Below, piece by piece: positions 12,961 to 24,189 of a stretch of DNA of 64,000 nucleotides. The notes below the pieces were generated by a model. That model saw only the letters and a list, made by a program, of their open reading frames with translations, did not search any database and was not told the DNA's origin. The position numbers and the translations under genes were made by a program. This DNA is from Raja brachyura. Taxonomy: Eukaryota. The stretch lies in NCBI GenBank assembly GCA_963514005.1, contig OY740804.1, forward strand, positions 37,386,001 to 37,450,000, given 5' to 3'. Numbering within the stretch: position 1 is the first letter of the stretch; each line of letters opens with the position of its first letter.

Positions 12961-13487
12961 ACAGCCCAATGAAACCGATGTGTAGGAAGGAACTGCAGGC
13001 GTTGGTTTACACTGAAGATAGACAATAAATGCTGGAGTAACTCAGCAGGACAGGCAGCATCACTGGATAGAAGGAATTGGTGACTTCTTCAGACTGAGAG
13101 TCAGGGGAGAGGGAGACACAGAGATAAGGAAGGGTAAGGTGTGTAAACGAGACATCAAAAGAGATGCTGAACAAGAAAAATGTAGAATTGATCGCTGTTC
13201 ATTGATCAATGAAACCAATATTTAATGGGTTACCGTGTAAACTTACCAAGGCTTCTTCAGTAGCACCACCCTGATCCGTGACCTCCATGTTGAAGCAAGT
13301 ATAAGGCTTCAGGTGGACAGGAACAGCAGCAAGTTCCCTTCAGTACACACCATCTGAGCTGGAGATAAAGTGGCCTCATCTTCATCATGTCTAGGTCAGA
13401 TTCCTGGCATACACATTGCTGTGGATATTCCAGGTGTTCAACTCAGGGTGTGTAGCTGTGAAAAATGTGGTTCACAACCACATATCA

Positions 13488-13945
13488 AAGGTAGACAAAC
13501 ATGCTGGAGACACTCAGTGGGTGTGGCAGAAGAAGAAAGGAAGAGGAGGAGCCAGAGGGCTGAGGGAGAGCTAGGAAGGGGAGGAGACAGCAAGGGCTAC
13601 CGGAAACTGGAGAAGTCAATGTTCAAGTCGCTGGGGTGCAGACTGCCCAAGCGGAATATGAGGTGCTGCTCCTCCAATTTCCGGTGTTGCTCACTCTGGC
13701 CATGGAGGAGGCCCAGGACAGAAAGGTCGGATTCGGAATGTGAGGGGGAGTTGAAGTGCTGAGCCACAGGGCGATCAGGTTGGTTAATGCGGACCGAGCG
13801 AAGGTGTTCAGCGAATCGATCGCCAAGCCTACGCTTGGTCTCACCGATGTAGATCAGCTGACATCTAGAGCAGCGGATGCACTGAGTTTCTCCAGCACTT
13901 TTGTCTACCTTCGATTTTCCAGCATCTGCAGTTCCTTCTTGAACA
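13488..13945 (-). mobile_element. Penelope-like element, GIY-YIG endonuclease fragment with flanking terminal repeats
   Basis: CIRCSRCQLIYIGETKRRLGDRFAEHLRSV...VAQHFN...LEEQHLIFRLGSLHP..LN. Confidence 0.9.
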
Positions 13946-14507
13946 CATATCAAAGGTCAACTGGAAAAGGCAGTGATTCTGGTTTTGTTCTGAAACCTCC
14001 TTCAGTTGGATAGCTGGTGAGAATTTGTTAACCTGGTTTCCATACAGAGCCAGTTGAAAGATATACAAAGAGGAGAACATAAAAACACACTGTGCTGGAT
14101 GTAACTCAGCAGGTCAGGCAGCATCTCTGGAAGACGTGGATAGGTGAGGGGGGGAGTTAATTAGTAAATGGGTGAACAAAGGCGAGAGATAAAAAGGAAG
14201 CAAAAAGAGACAAAAAGGTCCTTATCTTATAACTTTTTGACTATTTTTCACCTCTATCCTTTGTCCGTCCATCTTCTAATCAAAACGCCCCTGCCTATAT
14301 CAACTTATCATTTACCAGTCTTAGTTCCACCCCCACCTCAGTCTGGAGAAGGGTCCTGACTGGAAATGTCACCTATCCATGTCCTTCAGAGACGCTGCCT
14401 GAATGACTGAGCTACTCCAGCACAATGTGTTTTTTTTTGTAAACCAGCATTTACAGTTCCTTGTATCTATCGCTATGAATGGGCAGTTTCCAGAAAGGTG
14501 CAGGAAG

Positions 14508-15539
14508 TAGGTATGTTACAAAACTTACCTTGAGCAGCGCTGCAGTTCTGCCGCTCCCCGTGTGCGTGACTTTGGCGCCTTTAAGAGGGGGGCGGGCTTA
14601 AAGTGCCGTTTTTCTTCAGACTGGGCAAATCGATCCATGTCGGGCGATTTTGTTGCGGAAGAAAAATCGCTCCGACATTTCATTCATGAAGGTATTTTTA
14701 AATTACGCTAGATTATTTATTAACTAGAGTAATTTAAAAATCACCTTCAAAAGCCGTGAGAGCCGACAACGGGAAGGATTTTGCGAATGGGAGAAAAAAA
14801 GGTACACAGTTTATTTTTATATTAAAAGTTAGTTTTTATGGAGGCTTTAATCATATTTTCATGTGCGAAAAGGTGTCCAAAAAAATGTATGCACCAACAG
14901 TACTTTTCCTCCCGACTTCACAGCAAACCACGACGTTCCAATCCACCGCATTCCACTAAAACCCACTCGCTGGTTGATTTAAATGGCCATTAATTTACAG
15001 GCATTAAACACTAAATTCCTTCCATTTGGCCTATAAATTCATGAAAATGAGATTTTAAAATTATGTTATATTATGGATTATTGTGTGAATGTTATTTGGA
15101 CACTTAGGCATTTAAAAAAAGTTTATCTTTTCTTAAGAAATGGATAGATGTTTAGATCTACTCATTGAATTTTGTAATTAGCTACAATTAGATAACTAAC
15201 TAATTATATGCTTTAATTTCAGGTCATCCAAGTAAGATTGTTTCATATTTGTTTCAGAATGCTTCAATCTATAATAACTGAAAATTTCATTGAGTTCTCT
15301 TAATTTTTAAGAAAGATATGGGCTTTTAACTGTTCTAGATCACAGCTTTTGAGTTAAGTCAATTGAAAGGCAATGGGGAACAAGATGCTAATTTCCGAGT
15401 ATGAAAATGGTCATAACCTTTTTAATACTGAAGATATGAAAGTGAATTAGGTGTCAAATTAAACTTATTTTTATGCCTTATCTGATGGGATAAACTGCAA
15501 ACTTGATTTTTTAAATCTCAAAATTTTGTAACATTGCTA
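14508..15539. mobile_element. Non-autonomous TIR DNA transposon (1032 bp)
   Basis: Termini TAGGTATGTTACAAAA ... TTTTGTAACATTGCTA (14/16 inverted match); direct repeat CAGGAAG at 14501-14507 and 15540-15546. Confidence 0.8.
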
Positions 15540-15589
15540 CAGGAAGCATTTAAAAATATAAACTGTCTGTTTTATGCATTCCTTGCAGG

Positions 15590-15704
15590 ATGAGTGGGAA
15601 GTACATGTGGAGCGTGGGTAAGTGGATTATCCTGCTCACGATTTGCCTGGTAACTACTCTGGGAAAAGTGAGTCTAGCATCGACACATCACCGTAGCCAC
15701 TCGG
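15590..15704 (+). CDS. TAFA3: TAFA/FAM19A chemokine-like protein, coding exon 1 (signal peptide)
   Basis: Acceptor ttccttgcAG at 15587-88, ATG at 15590, MSGKYMWSVGKWIILLTICLVTTLGKVSLASTHHRSHS, donor G|GTAAGT, phase 1 matching the next exon; paralog assignment tentative. Confidence 0.8.
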
Positions 15705-16006
15705 GTAAGTACATACATACTCTGTGCTTACTTTGCAATCCATGTTTATAACTGTTCAGGATGTGAATATTATCTAGATATTGGATGGCTGTGCTTGTAC
15801 AGACAAGGTCAGGTCCAATCTGGAGTTTTGTATTCAATCATGAATTGTGGAATTCATTGGCTGGAAGCCCAGTTATTGGATATTTTTAAGGCAAAGATAG
15901 ATAGATTCTTGATTAGTACGGGTGTCAGGGTTATGGGGACAAGGCAGGAGAATGGGATTAAGAGGAAAAGTTAGATCAGCCATCATTGAATGGCAGAGTA
16001 GACTTG

Positions 16007-16431
16007 ACAGGAGAGCCCTTCAAAGAGTCATCAACACCGCCCAAAAAATCACTGGCTGCCCACTGCCCTCCCTGAAGGACATCTTCAGCTCTCGCTGCCT
16101 TGGCAGGGCAGCCAACACCCTGAAGGACCCTTCCCACCCTGGACACAACCTGTTCCACCTGCTGCCCTCTGGCAGACGGTACAGGTCTTTCAAAACTCGC
16201 ACGAACAGACTCAGAGACAGCTTCTACCCCATAGCAATACGTGAGCTTAACAATGCGAAATAAGAAATAACACTCACATTCAAACTGAATTGTTTTTTAA
16301 TGTGTATATATTTTTACCCTTCCTTATATTTTAAGATTGTTCTTGTGAATCGCACCGTTGGATTGACTTTTAAATTTCGTTGCACCATGTGCAATGACAA
16401 TAAAGAGATTCTGATTCTGATTCTGATTCTG
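16007..16431 (+). mobile_element. Rex1/Babar-clade LINE 3' fragment nested in a CR1 3'UTR
   Basis: ALQRVINTAQKITGCPLPSL...DPSHPGHNLFHLLPSGRRYRS...SFYPIAIR; tail AATTTCGTTG..ATGACAATAAA-(TTCTGA)n. Confidence 0.85.
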
Positions 16432-16624
16432 ATGGGCCGAATGGCCTAATTCTGTTCCTTTCACTTATGAACGTATGAACTACACATCTGGAGTGAAGGT
16501 AATGCAACTCAATATAACAAGCATGAGTTTAAAGGGTTTAATTATGAGGGCACTTTGCAGATAGCTGGCTGGAGTTTCGAAGGCAGAGAAGAAGGCAAAT
16601 AAAATCAAGGTGTATAAAGTGATG

Positions 16625-16836
16625 GTTACACAAAAAGCTGGAGAAACTCAGCGGGTGCAGCAGCATCTAAGGAGCGAAGGAGATAGGCGACGTTTCGGGT
16701 CGAGACCCTTCTTCAGACTGGTCAGGGATCAGGGAAACGAGAGATATAAACAGTGATGTGGAGAGATAAGGAACAATGAGTGAAAGATATGCAAAAAAGT
16801 ATTGGTGACAAAGGAAGCAGGCCATTGTAAGCTGAG
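16625..16836 (-). mobile_element. Penelope-derived insertion with TSD
   Basis: Terminal-repeat sequence flanked by TAAAGTGATG (16615-24 and 16837-46). Confidence 0.75.
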
Positions 16837-17359
16837 TAAAGTGATGAAAGGTTCTGTTCGGGTAGATGGAGGGATACCAGTTTTCCTATTGGGGAATCAG
16901 GAACAACAGGACATAGTAAATTCAGAGCTAGTATATTCAGGAAGCACCTATTCTCTAAGGTATTAGAAATCTGAAAGTCTCTTCCTCAAAACAGTTACAT
17001 ATCTTGAATTCAATTGAGTTTTCAGAAGAGAAATGTATTATTTTTGTGGGGTTTTCAGCATCGACAGATATGATGGATGAATGGGACCAAGGTACGTTTC
17101 AGCTACAGTGTAACCTAGTGGTGGAATAGGATTGTGGACCTAAATGGTCTCCTCCTCGTCCTGACTGGCTCTGCTAGAGCACATGAAGTTGAGAAGCTAA
17201 GCAGAAATGTTAGTGCAAATTTGATGAACTGTTCATCAAAATACCTTCATCAATTTTGGAGGATAGAAAATAGTGGATAGGGATAATAGTTTCTGCATGG
17301 TATTCTTACAGGATGTATGTATGTATGAATATCTGTATGATATTCTAGAGCCCAGTCCA

Positions 17360-17872
17360 CCACAACAACCAGTGTCCCTCTATTGCCTCTGTCTACAGAT
17401 CATGCTGGCTCGGAAAAGTAGCCAGCATAGAACCATAGAAAAATAGGTGCTAAATCCAACTCTCTACATAATCTCAACTCTCAACATAATCAAGGTCTGC
17501 TTGCATCCCGACCATTCGCTCTTCTCCCCTCTCCCATCGGTCGGAAGATACAAAGGGTTGAAAGCATGTGCCACCACATTCAGACACTTTCCCCACTATG
17601 ATCAGTCTACTGAACAGTCCTTTCATAAGATAATGGAGTGTACTCCACTCCCCCATACAATGTTGCTGTGGCCCATTTTTAAAAATGTGCACTTTCTCTG
17701 TATCTGGAACATTGTATTGTCAACGCTGGTTCTATTTTCTCTTTGTACTACCTAGTCGTACGTGTGTGTCGCTTGATTGTACTCATGTGTAGTATGAATT
17801 GGCTGGACAGTATGTGAAACAAAGGTTTTTCACTCTCTCTTGGTACACATGAAAGTAACAATAAACCAAGCC
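17360..17872 (+). mobile_element. Degenerate Rex1-like 3' fragment
   Basis: HPDHSLFSPLPSVGRYKGLKA.. motif; 3' end with CAATAAA. Confidence 0.55.
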
Positions 17873-18792
17873 AAACAAATAGTTATTCCAGTGCAAAACC
17901 GATGTAATGTAGGGAAACAGAACCAAAATTGCACACAGCAAGGTCACACGAGCAAGGACGAGGGAGGTAAGATTAGATGATGGTTTTTGACTGATGTAGA
18001 TTGAAGAAAAATTATTATCCAAGATTTTGGGAAATTTACCTCTTGTGAGCATCACAATCATGCCAAGGGATAATTCATGTCCACGGCAGAGAATATACTG
18101 GGCACATCCGCTGTTGCTGGTCGCATGTAGCACTGCACTGGGAGGTCAGTCCAGATAAAACAGGGATCTGAGGAACAAGAGTGGAAGGGTTTGGACTACT
18201 TGTTTACATGGATGATATTTGTTTCTTATGGCAGAGAAGGAGGCTATTTAGCCCATTCAGCCTTTGCTGGCTCTTAGAGAAATCACTACCATCCCATTTG
18301 CCAATCTTTCCCGTAAGCTATTTTCGCACATGCTCAGCAACATGACTGTAATTCCCTGACCACCCATCTACGCTAACCTTTCATTAACTAATTCACCCAC
18401 CTTTGGTGAATCAAACCTTCAGTGCTCCTTTGGGGTGTTGGTGGAAAATGCAGCACTCAATGGAAAGTGACATGAAGTGACAGAGGGAATGAAGCTACTG
18501 CACTCAGGCAGCACGCGAGGTCACCATTGAACCTGGGTCGCTGGAGCTACGAGACAACAGTGCTGACTGCTTGCTACTGTGCAGCTCCCCATAGCTCACA
18601 CCTTATCCTGTGTGACATGGTGTGCACAAAGAGATATCCCTGTATGAGGCATCTAATTCTAAGGGTCTAGGTGTAGTGAGTGTCCATTTCAGATGCAATG
18701 GAGAGAGCATCCATCATCTTTATTGCATGAAAATATGCCTTGATCCCAGCAGTATCGTATACCCTGCCAAGTCACACATAGAGAGATGAAGA

Positions 18793-18887
18793 CTGAAGAA
18801 GGGTCTCGACCCGAAACGTCGCCTATCTCCTTCGCTCCTTAGATGCTGCTGCACCCGCTGAGTTTCTCCAGCTTTTGTGTAACCCCC
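18793..18887 (+). mobile_element. Minimal Penelope-derived insertion starting at a hammerhead-like core
   Basis: CTGAAGA-A-GGGT(CTCG)ACCC-GAAA-CGTC at 18793-18820; TSD GAGAGATGAAGACTG at 18781-95 and 18888-902. Confidence 0.75.
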
Positions 18888-20063
18888 GAGAGATGAAGAC
18901 TGTAGACCAAAGCACTTGTCATATAAGTAAGTGTAATCAGAGGGAAGTGGGAAATAACATTGGATAAGTTTAAGGAAGAAATTCCAAAGAGTCTATGAAA
19001 CTGCAAATATTGTTACCAGTTTTGAAGCAATTTCAAGCGGGCTGTGTGAAAGGCTGGGAATGAAGACTGCTGAAATCGCGGGACTCCGTAGAGCTGGGGA
19101 AAGTCACAAAGATAGGGTTAGGTTGAGGCCAAGGAGGTATTGCATTGTCGAGGATTTTAAGATCGAGCCACTTTTAGGCTGGCATGATAAATGCCCGCTG
19201 ATTATAAGCCAAAATTAAGCTGACTTCTACGCCTGCTCGTTAATCCAGTAAGCACCTTGCTGGTTGAATGCTTTGGAGTCCGGTCATGAACTGTGAGAAG
19301 CCCCGAGAGGCAAATAAAATTTGTTTCCCACCCAGGAGTGCTGGGCCTATTATTGCCGTTGACTGGTGTTCTAGATTACATGCCCAAGAGGCTGAAATGG
19401 CAGTTAGAAACTGGCTTGGTAATGAGATTTTTTAACTAGCTCTTCTTAATAGCAGGCAGTCACTTCTCCAAGCAGATCAATGGTGCATTGTGCAATGCAC
19501 ATGTAAGAAACAGTTTATTCACCGTTCTTAATGTGAGGGAGTAAAACCTAGTGGTAACATTTATTAACGTGTCCTTGTAGCTATTGGTCTGCTTGCCTGG
19601 TACCTGATAAACCAGTGGTGTTAGCAGGTATTTGCAAGATTGTTCCATTCCATATTCACACTTTCAAAGAAACATGTCTGCAAAAGCCTTAATTGAATTC
19701 ATTACTGCAAACATTTCATTTTGATTGAAACAAGTCACCAGTCAATGCCGTTGTCATTTGCCAGTGTGACCCAGCTTGGAAATGTCCACGGTGATCTGCC
19801 ATTCATTTATCAAAATAAATTGTCTTTTAATTGTTTATCAAAAGGCAGCAGCAGAAATATTGACAGCCAGGTTTAGAGCACAGCTACAGATAATGAGAAT
19901 GCACTCAGAAATATATTCGTTCCCAAGCATAAATTGTGTAAATATGTTTTTATGGTCCAACCACAATTTCCTCAGGGATTTAGAGGTAGGATTCGAGGGC
20001 TGAGTATTTTATTGTAGTTTAGCTTATTATTGTCACGCGTACTGAGATACAGTGAAAAGTTGT

Positions 20064-20261
20064 GAAGAAGAAGGAACTGCAGATGCTGGAGAATCGAGGG
20101 TTACACAAAAAGCTGGAGAAACTCAGCGGGTGCAGCAACATCTAGGAGCGAAGGAGATAGGCGACGGTCTGACGAAGGGTCTCGACCAGAAACGTCGCCT
20201 ATCTCCTTCGCTCCTAGATGCTGCTGCACCCGCTGCGTTTCTCCAGCCTTTTGTGTAACCC
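20064..20261. mobile_element. Palindromic Penelope-derived insertion
   Basis: Two inverted terminal-repeat arms; TSD TACAGTGAAA(A/G)GTTGT at 20048-63 and 20262-77. Confidence 0.8.
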
Positions 20262-20521
20262 TACAGTGAAAGGTTGTTTTGCTTTGCTCTATCCAGTCTA
20301 CAAGAAGACTATACATGATTACTATCAAGCCATCCACAGATACAGGATAAAGGGTATATTATTTAGCGCAAGATAAAGTCCGATAAAGTCCGATTAAAGA
20401 TAGTTCAAAGGTCTCCAATGAAGTAGATGGTAGTTTGGGACCACACACTTGTTGGCGAGAGGACGGTTCAGTTGCCTGATAACAGTTGGGAAGAAACTTG
20501 TTACTTATTCTTAATGATTCC

Positions 20522-20661
20522 TTCTTCTTCTTGCATACGGCGTGCACAGCCTAAAGTTGTAGGGCAACTTGTTCTATTTGATCTTATTTGACTCTGCACG
20601 CCAGGTTGGTTGCATTCATCGAAACAGGGCGGACCACGTGAAGGCTGCAATCTCCCACCCC
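20522..20661 (-). mobile_element. Short non-autonomous Vingi/Ingi-type retroelement
   Basis: Minus strand starts GGGGTGGGAGATTGCA (shared with 24190) and ends in (AAG)n; TSD TTAATGATTCC at 20511-21 and 20662-72. Confidence 0.8.
20610..20661 (-). ncRNA. Minimal HDV-like self-cleaving ribozyme fold (catalytic C apparently mutated)
   Basis: P1 GGGGUGG/CCGCCCU, P2 UUGCA/UGCAA, P3 GCC/GGU, L3 UUCACGU, tiny P4 with UUCG, J4/2 UGAA instead of CGAA. Confidence 0.65.
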
Positions 20662-20753
20662 TTAATGATTCCTGATGTAGCTCGGCGCCTAAATTTGTTT
20701 GATTGCACTTCCATGATTTACTTTGTTAGATGTTGCCATGTACATAGATCTAA

Positions 20754-21430
20754 CGCTCGGTCCGCATTAACCAACCTGATCTCCCGGTGGCTCAGCACTT
20801 CAACTCCCATTCCGAATCCGACCTTTCTGTCCTGGGCCTCCTTCATGGCCAGAGTGAGCACCACCGGAAATTGGAGGAGCAGCACCTCATATTCTTCTTG
20901 GGCAGTCTGCACCCTAGCGGCATAAACATTGACTTCTCCAATTTCCGGCAGCCCTTGCTGTCTCCTCCCCTTCTCAGCTCTCCCTCAGCCCTCGGGCTCC
21001 TTCTCTTCCTTTCTCCTTTCTTCTCCCCCTCCCCCCCCCACCCTATATCAGTCTGAAGAAGGGTTTTGGCCCGAAACATTGCCTATTTCCTTCGCTCCAT
21101 AGATGATACTGCACCCGCTGAGTTTCTCAGTCGAGAGTCGAGTCGAGACCCTTCTTCAGACTGACGTGTGGGGGGGGGGGGGGGGCGGGAAGAAGAACGA
21201 AAGAGGTGGAGACAGTAGGCAGTGGGAGAGCTGGGAAGGGGAGGGGAAGGAGGGAGAAAGCAAGGACTACCTGAAATTGGAGAAGTCAATGTTCATACCG
21301 CTGGGGTGTAAACTACCCAAGCACAATATGAGGTGCTGCTCCTCAATTTGTGGTGGGCCTCATTCTGCCCATGGAGGTGGCCAAGGACAGAAAGGTCCGA
21401 TTTTTCCAGCATCTACTGTTCTTTCTTAAA
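20754..21430. mobile_element. Two Penelope GIY-YIG 3' fragments in inverted orientation
   Basis: + strand AQHFNSHSESDLSVLGLLHGQSEHHRKLEEQHLIF (20787-); reverse copy at about 21140-21400. Confidence 0.85.
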
Positions 21431-22479
21431 CAAGAGTCCATATCTTCAATCTCCATAAAAGGAAGAGGAAATCGCTCTGACTAAGGACAACCACCTCACC
21501 TTCATTTTACCTTACGCTAACTGGAGCAATTGATTTTGAATGCTGCAGCATTAAGCTGAAGCTGATTGGCAACCTTTGATATACTTGAAATCTACTGATG
21601 AATAGCACAAAGGTAGACACAAAATGCTTTAGTAACTCAGCGGGACAGGCAGCATCTCTGGAGAGAAGGAACGGGTGATGTTTCGGGTTGAGACCCTGCT
21701 TCAGACCGACAGTCAGGGAAGAGGGAGACACAGAGATATGGAAGGGTAAGGTGTGAAAACGTCAGATCAAAGCAGACGTGGTTAAGGAAATGTAGAATGG
21801 TTCATTTTTAGCTGAGAGGAAGGTGACAAGGAGGCAGAATAAATTCTTTGTTTTTGCATACAATACACAAGGTACGCAGCCAAAGTTGCAATGTACTCGT
21901 TAGAATCCTGATGGTCACTCTTTGTTCTAGCTGGCCCCCTCCCCTCCGCATCCCTCTATATTCTCAGTGGCCCCCTCCCCTGCGAATCCCTCTTTGTTCT
22001 CGTGGACCGACCGTCTCTCCGCAGCTCGACCTCGGCTCATCTGCCTCTCACTTATCAACTGCATTTAAAAATAAACCAATGAAATATGGAATGTTCACTG
22101 GCAATTGATTGATTTTATCAAAGGACAACCTATCCCCAAAGCAATAATCGTGTAGCGGCACCTGCTGGTGCTCGCAATTATCGAACCCTGCGGTCAGAAT
22201 CCGCGCGCACGTGACTCTAGGAGGAGTCGTGTTTTCGTGCGGTTTTCAGGTCTCTGCCGTTCAGTCGTTGTGAGACCACCGTTGTGTTCAGTTGTGTTTT
22301 CAGTGGCAATTGGCAAAACCGTGATCGGTGAATCACATTGCGAATACATTTGATTCAAACCAACCGTCTGTTGGCTTGATCTGCCAAAAATGCATCAATT
22401 TTATAAAGAGAAATGTCAAATAACTAACTCAGTATAAATATTTGCGGGTAGACTTTACACTCAGCGCAGAGGATTGTAA

Positions 22480-22819
22480 TAGCCCTGTCCCACGGTACGA
22501 GTTCATTCCAAGAGTTCTCCCGAGTTAAAAAAAAATCAAACTCGTGGAAAGCACGGAGAATGAATGTAGCGGGTACGTCGGAGCACGGGGACGTCTCTTA
22601 GCGGCTCGTAACGCTAATGGCAGGTACTCAGGATGACTCGCTAAAGGCAGGTAAGCACGGGAAGACTCGTGAAGATTTTTCAACATGTTGAAAAATGTTG
22701 AATAAAGTCCACGAGAGCCCCGAGTACCGACGAGTGGCCATTACTGTAAATCTCCGAGTTCGAATCAGGGCAAAGTCGGGAGAGCTCTTGGAATGAACTC
22801 GTACCGTGGGACAGAGGTT
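22480..22819. mobile_element. PIF/Harbinger-type MITE
   Basis: Long TIRs ..CTGTCCCACGGTACGAGTTCATTCCAAGAG / CTCTTGGAATGAACTCGTACCGTGGGACAG..; TAA on both sides. Confidence 0.8.
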
Positions 22820-22899
22820 TAACAGGAGTTGGCTGAAGCTGAAATATAGAGTGGGCATGGGCAGTACTGTGGGAGCACTGCACTCTCAGTGCATTTGTC

Positions 22900-23235
22900 C
22901 TGTCCCCAGGGCCTGATGGTTTTCACCACAGGGCACTTCAGGAGGTGGCTCTAGAAATCGTGGACACATTGATGATCATTTTCCAATGTTCTATGGATTC
23001 AGGATCAGTTCCTGTGAATTGGAGGGTAACTAATGTTATCCCACTTTTTAAGAAAGGAGGAAGAGAGAAAACAGGGAATTATAGACCAGTTAGCCTGACA
23101 TCAGTGGTGGGGAAGATGCTGGAGTCAATTATAAAAGACGAAATAGTGGCACATTTGAAATAGCAGTAACAGGATCGGTCCGAGTCAGCATGGATTTACG
23201 AAGGGGAAATCATGCTTGACTAATCTTCTGGAATA
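22900..23235 (+). mobile_element. CR1 RT N-terminal fragment
   Basis: VPVNWRVTNVIPLFKKGGREKTGNYRPVSLTSVVGKMLESIIKD..SQHGF.KGKSCLTNLLE. Confidence 0.9.
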
Positions 23236-23745
23236 TATACATAATGGATTTAAACATGCTACATTGCTTTGTCCTTTGTGATTTACATATTAAAATTTCT
23301 TGCGTGTGCAGAAGTTTTCTGGGGTTATTTGATCTTCTCATAGGAGCAGATTGTTGGCATTGTCTTGCTGAGGAAGGTGTCACTTGGCAACATTGAACAG
23401 ATCCCTGCCATTGTTTCTTCTGCAGTCCTCTCTGGATCGGCGTCCGAAATGCATGCATGATCACCTGACTTAGTTACCTCCTGCTGGAAATGTAATTTAC
23501 ACGCAGGCTCCAGATTCCATCTCCTATTTTCACAGGGTAGCTTTTTGTAACATGTATTTCAACTCCTACATTCCATTATTATGTGTTGGAGCTGTTAGGA
23601 GGTGCTAACACACTAGCTCCTGTTGTTTGAATTATTTCTCTCTATACCTTGAGTCATAATTTTGTTTTCGGCTCAACTGCTTCCCTTCCCCTCGCCCTCA
23701 AGATTTGGCTGAACAGAAAGTGAATCGTGTTCTGAGGCTCAGTAA

Positions 23746-24027
23746 AGGCCCTGTCCCACGATGCAAGTTTATCCACGAGCTCTCCCGAGTTTTAAAAAAA
23801 AGTCGTGGTAAGTACGTAGAATATACGTAGCGGGTACATTGGAGCCCGTGCATGTCTCATAGCGGCTCGAAATGCTAACGGCAGGTACTTGGGAAACGCG
23901 GAAACTTGTGAAGTTTTTTTAAAAGATTTCCAAGAGTAAAAAAATACTCGTGATGAAGTACCACGAGTTTGATTTTTATTTAACTCGGGAGAGCTCTTGG
24001 GTAAACCCGCATCGTGGGACAGGGGCT
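23746..24027. mobile_element. PIF/Harbinger-type MITE
   Basis: TIRs AGGCCCTGTCCCACGATGC / GCATCGTGGGACAGGGGCT; TAA TSD. Confidence 0.8.
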
Positions 24028-24189
24028 TAACACAGCAGAAAGGCAACAGGTTGAGCTGAGCTCAACTTGGTACATGCCTCACATTCACTCCATGTGCATC
24101 CCATTTAGCAGCACCAACCTGTTACTGCTCTGCTCTCCATTGGAGCCAAAGGCTTTCCTGCCATTACTATCATATTGGGTGGAATGGTG

